Shown here piece by piece: positions 24,287 to 36,400 of a DNA stretch of 64,000 nucleotides. The stretch spans positions 6,324,001 through 6,388,000 of the forward strand of contig OX597835.1 in the NCBI GenBank assembly GCA_951406725.2. The letters run 5' to 3'. The position numbers and the translations under genes are program-made. The notes beneath the pieces were generated by a model. That model made no database searches. It was not told the DNA's origin and worked only from the letters and a program-made list of their open reading frames with translations. Every line of letters starts with the position of its first letter. Positions within the stretch are counted from its first letter, which is position 1. Source of the DNA: Octopus vulgaris. Lineage: Eukaryota.

Positions 24287-27200
24287 GTGGTATTGAGCAG
24301 AATATTTGCTGTAGCCCATCTTTTATACCAAGACAAAACAATGTACAGGATAACACTTCCAATTATTATTATTATTATTATTATTATTTTCTTCTTCTTA
24401 CAGTACATTCTTGGAATTGGACGTTTGTTGTTTGAAGTGATGAAAGGTGTGCGGCAACATATGCACTCTTGTGCAGAAACGGTGAGACTTCATTTATTTC
24501 TTTCGTTATTTTGGTTGCCTTTGATATCCATGCATACAGTACCAGAACTGTTATCTGGCTTCCAGAAACCCTTGAATACTGTGCAATATACTGTACCATG
24601 TATTGAATAAAAAGACCCTATTTTTGAAGTTGGTTAATTTGTATATAATGTGTTAAAATAGTTTTGTTATTTACTTTTCTAAGGGGATCAATAAAAGTTA
24701 AATATACCCTGCATTAGAATTGTAGCAATTTGTACCTGTATGTATTAAATAAAATCATGGTATACTAGAGAATCAATTCTTAACTCTTTTGGTACCAACC
24801 TGCCTGAAACAGGATCTGGCTTTGTAGTACAAATGTCTTGTTTTCAAAAGTTTTGAATTAAAATCTTCCACCAAACCTTAATGACATTTATGTTCCTAAC
24901 ACTAGCTTAATGATTACTAAGTTAATTTACTAAATTCTTTGTTATATTTAAAATTAATTGAAAGAAACACAGAACATCTCAAAATAAATACAGTAACGAA
25001 AGGGTTAAATATTACTCATCGTCATTTAACATCTATTTTCCATACTGACATGGGTTAGATGGTTTGACTGGAACTGGTAAGCAGGAAGGCTGTACCAGGT
25101 TACTGTCTGATTTGGCTGGGTTTCTACGACTGGATGCCCTTCCTAATGCCAACCACTACTGCATATAACAAAAACAAGTTAACAGTTACAGCTGAAAGGA
25201 AAGTTTTCATCATAGTGGAAGATGTCCGACATCATCACAGCAACAAAACATGTAAGAAAAAACAAAAAAAAACACAAACTTATGGGAGACTCGAGTTCAT
25301 ATTGAGGACCCAGGGTAATATTTTGAGACTTTTGTGGAATAAACATTATGTCTTGTATGTCATGAAATATGGCAATTCTTTTGTCTTGGAATTCCTTGTT
25401 TTTACCATAATATCTCTTACTTTTACTATTTCCAGATCTTTCCACTGATTCTACAAAGAATTGGTCCACATTCTACGAGCACTGACTCCTCTGAGTCTCC
25501 AATATTTCTCAAAGCTAAAACTTGTATATCTCACATGATGTCCGCAATGTCAGAGCACGTTTCTGGCTCCAACCATTTGGATCCTCTCTGGCCAATACTT
25601 TTGGTAAGTCATGGAATTGTCTGTCTTTGTCATATTTGGTTTGTTTTGGGTTTTTTTTTTATGGTAGCAGTGGTTAGTATCTGTAGCAGAGATTGCAGAC
25701 GGTCAAGATGGCGGGAGAGTGTCCAGCCATCTGAAAGAGATACAGGTCACAAAACTAGAGTAGCAAGACATGGGGGCCACCAGTGTTAGGATGCTAGGGA
25801 TTAATAAATCTAGGCAAATATTTAGAAAACGCTCAGTGTTAAACGAATTTGCTCAATTATAGGCGCAAGAGTGGCTGTGTGGTAAGCAGCTTGTTTACCA
25901 ACCACATGGTTCTGGGTTCAGTCCCACTGCATGGCACCTTGGGCAAGTGTCTTCTACTATAGCCTCGGGCCGACCAAAGCCTTGTGAGTGGATTTGGTAG
26001 ACGGAAACTGAAAGAAGCCCATCGTATGTATATATATATATATATATGTATGTGTGTTTGTGTTTGTCCCCCTAGCATTGCTTGACAACCGATGCTGGTG
26101 TGTTTATGTCCCTGTTACTTAGCGGTTCGGCAAAAGAGACCGATAGAATAAGTACTAGGCTTACAAAGAATAAGTCCCGGGGTCGGTTTGCTCGACTAAA
26201 GGCGGTGCTCCAGCATGGCCACAGTCAAATGACTGAAACAAGTAAAAGTGTATATTATGTGCTGTTTTTGTGTATGTGTTTGTCTTCCATCATTGCTTGA
26301 CAACTAATGTTGGTGTTTACATCCCTGTAACTTAGCAGTACAGTAAAAGATACTGATAGAATAAGTACCAGGTTTTTAAAAAAATAATAAAATCCTGGAG
26401 TTGATTTCAGAAGTCGGTGCCCCAGCATGGCCACAGTCTAACGACAGGAACAAGTGAAAGATAAAAGTGGACATTTTAAAGAATGAGAAAGTCGTCTCCA
26501 CTGATTGTTCTGTTCTGTTTGTTTATTTTCCAGTCTCATGTAAAGTTACGCCAGAAACTGTGGATTGAAAACAGCGACCAGCATCAGCCCATAGCCTACT
26601 TGCTGGAACTGTTGTTAGTGTGGCTGGACTTCAAACATGGATCTCTTGTAAATAACCCAGATGCAGTTGCTGAGGTAAGTCAGTTCCTTACATAAACCCC
26701 TTTCAGTAACAACCTCCTGTCCGCTGATGGTGCCCTAAACCTTACGGAAACCGACCCTTATTGCGCTAATGTAAGATGTTGCCATCCAGGGTTGAGTCTT
26801 TTTATCTTTTGGCATTCAGGGTTGGTGCGACGCATGTGTGTACATAGGAGTTCAGTATAATACCTATTTCTTAACTACCCACAAGGGGCTAAACACAGAG
26901 GAGACAAACGGATTAAGTCAATTACATTGACCCCAGTGCGTAACTGGTACTTAATTTATCGACCCCTATAAATTAAAAAGTCTTGAAGTTTCAGTGGGAT
27001 TGAGCTCAATGCCCTAATCACCACTGGTATCACTTTTACATCACCCTCTCGCATTCCAGTCTTGCCATTTCCAGTTTCATTTCGGAGGACTTGGTGATTT
27101 TTTTCAACCTCTTTACTCACAACATTCTTGTCATTTGGTATGGCTACATCAATGATCTGACAGTATTTGTCTCTCTTATTCAATATGAATTATTAGCACC

Positions 27201-30200
27201 ATCTGAAGGTGGCCGATGCCAGCGCCGCCTAGACTGGCTTCCGTGCTGGTGGCACGTAAAAAGCGCTATCCGAATCGTGGCCGATGCCAGCGTCGCCTTG
27301 ACTGGCTTCCGTGCCGGTGGCATGTAAAAAGCACCATCCGAATCGTGGCCGATGCCAGTGCCGCCTCGACTGGCTTCCGTGGCCAGTGGCAGGTAAAATA
27401 CACCAATCCGATCATGGCCGATGCCAGCCTCGCCTGCACCTGTGCAGGTGGCACGTAAAAAGTACCCACTACACTCACGGAGTGGTTGGCGTTAGGAAGG
27501 GCATCCAGCTGTAGAAACACTGCCAGATCAGACTGGAGCCTGGTGCAGCCTTCCGACTTCCCAGATCCCCGGTCGAACCGTCCAACCCGTGCTAGCATGG
27601 AAAGCAGACGTTAAACGATGATGATGATGATGATGATCGTCGTCGTCGCTGCTGCTGCCGTAATTATTATTATTATTATTAAAGCAGTTGGCTGACAGAA
27701 TTGTTAGCGTGGCAAGCAAAATACTCAGTAGCATTTCATCTGCCTTGATGTTCTGAGTTCAAATTCTGCCATGGTCGACTTCTCTTTTCATTTTTTTCAG
27801 GGTCCATAAAATAGGTACCAGTTGAGTACTGGGGTTAATGTAATAGACTTGCCCTCTCCCCCGAAATTACTGGCCTTTTGCCATAATTTGATGCCATCAT
27901 TATTACTACTGTTGTTGTTGTTGTTCTTATGCTTCTTCCTTTTCTCCTGCAGGTCCTTTGTATCGTTCTGAAGAGCAGCCTCGACCTTCCAGAGGTTCTG
28001 CTCTCCAATATCCTCAACTGTGTCTCAAGCTTGCTTCAAGGTTGCCATGAAAAGCTCTCTTCCGTCCTCTCTTACCGAAGTCATTAATTTAGTAAGTATT
28101 TCAAGCATTGTGATGTAGTGGCCTTCATCTGGTCTGATGTGAGTTTAGGTATTACAGGTGTGGAAATAAATGCAAAAAAATTATGGTGAATTTTTTTTTA
28201 AATCGTAGGCTCATCGTAGACGCGCGCTGATACTCCAGAAGGGCTCGATATAAATCAAGGCTATAAGATACCTGATTGCTGCACCGCAAAATGTGGGAGT
28301 AGGAATCTAAATCGTAGGAGACAGACACCTCACACACACAACTTCAGTTTTATATATAAAGATTTCAGGCATTGTGATGTAGTGGCCTTCATCTGGTCTG
28401 ATGTGAGTTTAAATACAGGTGTGGAAATAAATGCAGGTAAGCAACTCTAACTTGGATCTCCCCATCTCACAAGGCCTGGCTCACAGTTGCTCTGGGATTC
28501 TAGTAAAAGACACGTGCTCCCTGCCACTCAGTGGGACTGAACCTGGAGCTTTATGGTTGGGAAGTAGACTTCTTAACCACACAGCCACACCTGCACTAAC
28601 ACACACACACACGTGTATTATATAGTCCCACTGCCTAGCACCTTGGGAATGGATTTGGTAGAAGGAAACTAAAAGAAGCCCATCATGTATGTATACACAC
28701 ACATATCTATGCATACATATATTCTTTTACTTGGTTCAGTCATTTGACTGCGGCCATGCTGGAGCATCGCCTTTAGTCGAGGAAATCGACCCCAGGACTT
28801 ATTCTTTGTAAGCCTAGTACTTATTCTATCGGTCTCTTTAGCCGAACCACTAAGTTACAGGTATGTAAACACACCAGCATCAGTTGTCAAGCGATGTTGG
28901 GGGGACAAACACACAAACATATACACACATATATATACATACATATATACGACGGGCTTCTTTCAGTTTCTGCCTACCAAATCCACTCACAAAGCTTTGG
29001 TTGCCCCCCCGTGCTATAGTAGAAGACACTTGTCTAAGGTGCCATGCAGTGGGACTGAACCTGGAACCATGTGGTTGGTAAGCAAGCTACTTATCACACA
29101 GCCACTCTTATGCCTATGTATATGTATACATACATACACACAGGCATATATAGTACAAAAATAAAGAAATATAAAGATGAGGTTAAAAAAAAACTCCAGA
29201 CAAACAAGATGAATTATGTTGATGTTCAGGAAAATTAGAAGTTCTTAATGCTTGGAGCCTGTGTTCTTTTACCGAAAGAAAAGATGAGAAGAGAGAAAAT
29301 AACAAGTATGTCTCAATATCTAATATCTATGTGTGAGTGTATGTTTGTGTTTGTCCCCTACCACCACTTGATAACCAGTGTTGGTTTGTTTACGTTCCTG
29401 TAACTTAGAACAGGTTGGCAAAAAGAGATCGATAGAATAAGTATCAGTCTTAGAAAGAAATAATTACTGGGGCCAGTTTGTTTGATTAGAACACTTCACG
29501 GCACTGCCCCAGTATGGCCACAGACTTATGACTGGACCAAGTAAAAGAAAAAATTTTTAAATGTCAATTTAAAAATCCAAAAATCTAATTTAATTAAAAA
29601 ATTTTTTCATCCACTTTTTTTAATCTTTTCCAGAGTTTTGGTCACAAGTTTCCATCAAATCAAATTTATCCGTTTGCAAAGACATTATTTACAGAACCGT
29701 TTTTTGAAGAGGTCAGTATCTCCAACCATTTCTTATTTTCCATCTCATCTCTAGAATTGAAGGGCCTTAGGGTTAACCTAGCAAAAACCAAAGTCCTTAG
29801 TAAGTAGGAAGGCTGTCAAATCACAACCCCCTTCAGGTAAATGGCCCTGCTTGATCTGTAGAAAAGGCATGGGTAGAAACTCCATATGATGTACCTAGTG
29901 TAAGCTATGAACACATAAAGGATGCAACAATATCAAAGGAAGGTTAACCGGGAAAATAGTTTTTGTGTGGCAGATGCACAGGGGCAATAAACACTGAAGA
30001 TGTACAGAAAACAGATTCCATCACATGCCAGGGGGAAAAACTAGAAGTAGTAGTTAATAGCTTCTGCTACCTAGGCGACCAAGTCTGTTGTTGGAGTGGC
30101 TGCTCTGAGAGTGGGCAAAGTTCAGGGAGCTCCTACCTCTACTGGCAATTAAGGACCTCTCACTCAGGGTGAAAGGTAGACTGTATGATGCATGTGTACG

Positions 30201-33200
30201 AACTGCCATGCTACATGGCAGTGAAACATGGGCCATGAATGCTGAGGACATGTGTAGGCTTGAAAGAAAGGAAGCTAGTATGATCTGCTGGATGAGTAAT
30301 GTCAGTGTGCACACATGACAAAGTGTAAATGCACTGAGAGAAAAGTTGGACATAAGAAGCATCAAATGAGGTGTGTAAGAGAGACCACTGGACAGGTATG
30401 GCCATGTGTTACATATGAATGAAGACAGCCGTGTGAGGAAGTGCCACTCCCTAACTGCTAGAAGGAACCTGTAGCGGAAGTAAACTCAGGAAGGCATGGG
30501 ATGAGGTGGTGAAGCATGACCTTCGAACATTGGGCCACACAGAGGCAGTGACAGGAGACTGGGACCTTTGGAGATACACCGTGATTGAGAAGACCCGACG
30601 AATGATGTGAGATTGCATGTCCAGCCCTGTTAAGAATACTGATGCATCAAGTGATAGGATATGCTTGAGAAGACCTGTTGAGTCAAGAGAAACGAATATC
30701 GTAGCTGGGGCTGGTGCCCCCCCAGGCTAGAAGAATGCTTATTGTGATCGAATATATGTGCTGTATATTAAGTCCCTCTCACCATCAAATCGCTGTCACC
30801 TGAACATGTCAGGTGTTGTAGTGATTGCAGATCAACATGAGATGGAGTGTTTTGCTGAAGAACACAGAACCTGATCAAGGAATTGAAACCGTGATTTCGC
30901 AATCATGTGTGCTACACCCTAACCACTAGGCCATGTGTCCTCACACAATAATAATAATAATTCAACCACTACGCCATATGCCCACGGACATATGGCATAG
31001 TGGTTAAGAGCGCGGGCTACTAACCCCAAGATTTCGAGTTCGATTCCAAGCAGTGACCTGAACACCATCACCACCAATAATAATAATAATAACATCAAAA
31101 AATACCTTAGGAATGAAAACCCAGGTTCGCAATTTCCCCAAGGACCTGAAGAAGGCTGGAGGGTATATCAGCCAAAATGTTGTGTTAACAACAAACAAGG
31201 TGAGGACAAATATCCATCGAATGTAAATAATGTAAACAATATAAATAATTCCTCTTCTCTTAACCCTTTAGTGTTCTGATACTCTGTTAAATGTAATATT
31301 TTTTTAACTCAAATTGTTTTGAATTAATCAAGCATTATCTCATAGCTTTGAGGTTTCAATGACGTGATTGTTTATTTTTAGAATGTCAATGTAAGTTAGG
31401 TGTGAGAAACCAGATATGGCCAGTTTGAATATAAAACATGTAAATATTTTGGCCGGATATGGCCGGTTTAAATACTAAAGGGTTAAATATAGAACTGAAT
31501 TCATCCTTTCTCTTTTATTTTCAGTCTGTGCTAGCTTCTTTGATTGGCTTTATTCAAAGTAAAATGGCTGACTCCGTCGACAGCACCAATATGGAAACCC
31601 TTATGTTTGTGACAGAGTTAATATCATCCAAGACTATTTCCATTTTTGATGCCAGCCATTTGGAACAGCACCAGTGTTATTTCATGGATTTCCACACTTC
31701 TGTCAAACGGTAACTAGTTCCAACTTCTTTTCATGTCTGTTTCTAAGTAACTGACTTTTTACATGGTTTATAAATTTCTTGAGAAATTAATTAATGGTCT
31801 GCTGTGATAAATTCTAGCAGCATTTATTCTCTTTTGATAGCAGTAAACCTGAGACTGTTCTTGGATTCATGATACAAATTTCTTGTTTTAAAATGGTCTA
31901 AATTAAAACCTTCCTGTTAATTTAAGTTCCAAGCACTAACTTTTACAAGGATAAAGTTATTTTGTTAAATTCTTCGTTTTCAAAATCAGTTGAAACCAAG
32001 GCAAGGAATTTCAACTGAAATGTGTTGACAAAAGTGTTAAAAGTGTGGTGCAGTAATTCTTGCTGTGTTAAGAATGTGGGGCAGTAAATTTTTGCAGTAT
32101 TAATAGCATGGTTTATAAATTCTTGTAGCATGAATGAATCTCATCTGAAGGGCTTTCCATACAGTTTCCATCTACCCAGTGTTACTCAGAAGGCTTTGTA
32201 GGGACACAGGGCTCTGGTAAAATTACTTGCCTAGAATGCCACACAGTAGAATTGAACTCGAGACCTCAGGATGTGAAGTGTATGTCTTAACTATTTGGCC
32301 ATGCCTACATCATCATCATCATCATTGTTTAATGTCCATTTTCCATACTAGCATGGGTTGGACGGTTCGACCGGGGTCTGGGAAGCCAGAAGGCTGCACC
32401 AGGCCAGTCTGATCTGGCAGTGTTTCTACAGCTGGATGCCCTTCCTAACGCCAACCACTCCGTGAGTGTAGTGGGTGCTTTTTACGTGCCACTGGCACAG
32501 GGGCCAGACGAGGCTGGCAACGGCCATGATTGGTTGGTGCTTTTTACGTGACATTGGCCACATTCAGATGGTGCTTTTTATGTGCCACCGGCACATGGGT
32601 ATCAGAACTACAATTTCCCTAGAAGGGTTTGATTGGAGAATACAAAACATTGTGGAATGGAACTCCCACAAGGACTACACCGTTCTTAGGAAGCTCACAT
32701 TTCTTCCTGCTGAATACGCTTTGTTCCATCAATGTTCCAACCAAGGCCATTCTGTCACTTTGATCGTAAATTCCATCTGTTCTAACAATATTTGTCTTTT
32801 CCTTATTTTTTCCATATTCCAAAGTTCTGCTGGTTCCAGACAACCGTACACCTTCCAGGCGTATTTATGGGATTTGCTTTCTCCAGACGATCTTGAAGAT
32901 ATCAATCAACTAACTCTGCTGTGGGCTGCTTTGGTTTGCATTCCAAACATTCGGTAAATAGAATATCTATACTTTTATTATTATTATTATTATTATGTTT
33001 TTTCCTTCTTTCTTCAAATTTTCTTCCGTTTCTCGCCGAGTGTTTTCCATACACCTAGGGCAGAGAAGGGCATTGTATGCATTCCTAGATTACACGCACA
33101 AATTCACAGATAAAATATGTATTTAAAAATTAATAAATAAATAAATTCATGGATGGATGTTATTTTCACAGCGATAGTGCTCTTCTCAGTATTATTGTTA

Positions 33201-33409
33201 TTATTATTTATTATCATTATTTATTATTTATTATTATTATTTTGTCCATCTTTATGCTCTGAGTTCCAAATCCACCAAGTTTGACTTTACCTTTCATCCT
33301 TTTACGATGTGGGAGGGTCAATGAAGGAAGTACCAGTTGAATACTGGGTTCAATATAATTGACTCACTGCCTCCCCTGAACTTGCTGGCCTTGTGCCAAA
33401 ATTTGAAAC

Positions 33410-33445
<36 letters not shown>

Positions 33446-36400
33446 TACTACTACTACTACTACTGCTACTATTACTATTATTATTATTAAGGTGGTGAAT
33501 TAGTAGATTTGTAAGCAACGCCAAACAAAATTGTTAGTGGCATTTTTGTCCATCTTTATGTTCTGAGTTCAAATTCTGCTGAGATTGACTTTGCCTTTCA
33601 TCTTTTCGGGGTCGATGAAATTGAGTACCAGTTAAGTACTGGGGTGAATATAATTAACTAGCCCCCTCCTCCTGAATTTGCGGAGGTTGACTTTACCTTT
33701 CATCCTTTCAGGGTCAATAAAATAATGGGGTACCAGTTACATACTGGGGTTGATGTAATCAACTTGCCCCTCTCTTCAAAATTATGGGTCTTGTACCCAG
33801 AATCTTCCTTTCTCTTGAGGTGAGAGACTTTTGGTTGTCATCAGAGGCAAAAGCTCTCTGAATTTTCTCCATCCTATTCTTATTCTAGCAATTACACTTT
33901 CCTTGCATCCTTTCCCCCCCCCCCCCAGCTAATTAGGTTCTCTTGGTAGCAACCCTTATCTTGTTTTGGCATAATGTGATGGTTGTAAACAAGTTTCACC
34001 ATCATACCAGAGGTGTTGTTCGTTTCCAGCCTTATATGGAAAAGATGTCTGGCTGTGGAGAAGTATTTTCTTACAGGTAAGGGTTGATGACAGGAAGGGC
34101 GTCCAGTTGTAGAAAAACTAAAGGCAAGAAGGTAACAGTTACCTTCTTGAGTCATGGCGCCTCACAAGGACCTGTTTCCTGGTTTCCATGACGTATATAT
34201 TCCCCACCTGGACAGGACACTGGTCTGTTGCAGAATTACTCATTTTTGCCAGCTGAGTGGACAGGAACAATGTGAAAATGAAGTGTTTTGCTTAAGAATG
34301 CAATGTGTTACCCGGTCCAGGAATTGAAACCACAATCTTACGATCATGTGTCCAACACCCTAACCACTAAGCCATGTGCCTCCACTGTAGAAAAATTGCG
34401 TCTGATCCATGCAGAACATGGAAACATGGCCGTTAAATGACGAATAATTGTAACGATGTTTATTTCCAGGTGTTCTGATACAGACTTAAGTGTTCTACAA
34501 CATACAATTGATGGTCTTTGGTGCCAAGTGACTGAATCTGAAGAGACTTCACCAATCAAAGGTGAGATTATTTGTTATTTTCTTCTGGTTTCTCCACCAA
34601 AATCTTGTTTAGATCCCATTATATGGTTTGTGTTTTTTTAAAAACATAAGATGTCAACTTGGCTGTGCATTGAAGAAGTTTTCTCTGTAGTCACAAGGTC
34701 TTGGGGTCATGGATGCTGTACAGCACCTTGGGCAAGTATCTTGTTTTGTGATCCCAGACCAACCGAAGCCTTGTGAATGGATTTCAGAAACAGAAACTGA
34801 AAGAAGCCCATTTCATATGTTTTGTGTATAATTCTGATGATTTATTTACCATTTTCAGAGCTACAACTGTCCATTCTTCACGAGGCAGCACTCTGTCTCC
34901 ATTTTAACGGACTAAAGGAATTCTGGAATTGGATTACTTTTGATAAAATCAAATCTTTGCTAAAGTAAGTTCTTTGTTGTCTCCTTGTCTTATATTCTTA
35001 AGTTTCGTTTTACATGTTTCCGTATATTTGGATGGATCCACTAACATCATTGTGCTTTATTTTCTTTATTGTTATCATTATATTTCAGCACTATCCGTTT
35101 GGCACGTAAAAAGCACCCACTACACTCACAGAGTGGTTAGCGTTAGGAAGGGCATCCAGCCGTAGAAACATTGCCAGATCAGACTGGGCCTGGTGCAGCC
35201 TCCTGGCTTCCCAAACCCCAGTTGCCCGTCCAACCCATGCCAGCATGGAAAGTGGACGTTAAACAATGATGATGATCCACTAACATCATTGTGCTTTATT
35301 TTCTTTATTGTTATCATTATATTTCATCTTTCTTTGTTATACCTTCTGTGACTTATCATCTCATTGACTGGTCGGTCATGTTATATATATATATAAAACA
35401 CAAATTAAGTTAGGGGTTATGAGTGCAACCCACTAAGGGATAGTATTTATCCAATATACTGTTGGTAAAGTACCCAAATTCTTAATACATAAATGTTTTT
35501 AATTGCAATGCAATTAACTTATTTATTGAATTAAACAGGTGAAGGTAAAGAAATATTTTACCGTTAATTTATAATACAAATAAGAAAATGGAGAAACAAT
35601 TTAGTTTGTTCATCAACTTTTGGATATTAGAATATATATAAGAGAACAAAGTGTACGTACACCGCTATATATATATATATGTATATGTGTATATAACGGG
35701 AAGGTTTACGAAAATAAACAAAAGACGAAGGCAGGTGGAGTACAAACAAACAATGTATTAGTATGGCGCTCAAGAATAGAAATAAAACAAGTCTTTTACG
35801 TTTCGAGCCTACGCTCTTTGACAGAAAGATACACAGAAAAGAAACAAGGAGAGAAAAAAATTGCATGTAGGAGCAAACGATCCAACATGGCATTCTGCTT
35901 TCAGGAGAAGTCAGAGATCGGAGGTCAGACGTTAGACCAGTGCTTTTCAAACTTTTTGCTGGAGCAGAACCCCAAGGAAACATTCCACTGGCTCAAGGAA
36001 CCCCTGTGCAATAATTTAATAGTCTTCTGCACACATATCTGCACAGGAGACTTAAAAATTACTGCCGATTTTAGCAGTTTTGTAACTTCTTGCGGAACCC
36101 CTAGACTGTACTGGCAGAACCCTGATTGAAAACCACTGCGTTAGACACTAGAGGGATAGTAGGGGAGATAACAGGGTCAAGTGAACTCGCCTCAACATGA
36201 AGGTGCGTGTGTGCATAAGAGTTGCAGGGTGTACACAAAGTCATTAGACAAATAGAAAAATTTATTAAAATTACAATATTAATTGCAGTTTGAAAGATAA
36301 ACACATAACATTAATAAAGCTTTTAATAAAAGCATTAATGTCATTAAAAAAACTCTGATAATAACATTAATATGCGGCAAAATTTTAGTTGCTGCCTTTT

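Noticed and set aside
28109-28140. C/D box snoRNA (GTGATGT...CTGA)
   Set aside because: Box C is imperfect, the spacing is too short, and no guide complementarity is recognisable
30992-31065. tRNA gene
   Set aside because: A and B boxes are present but no acceptor stem is evident, and it continues into a repeat body; same for 48989-49060
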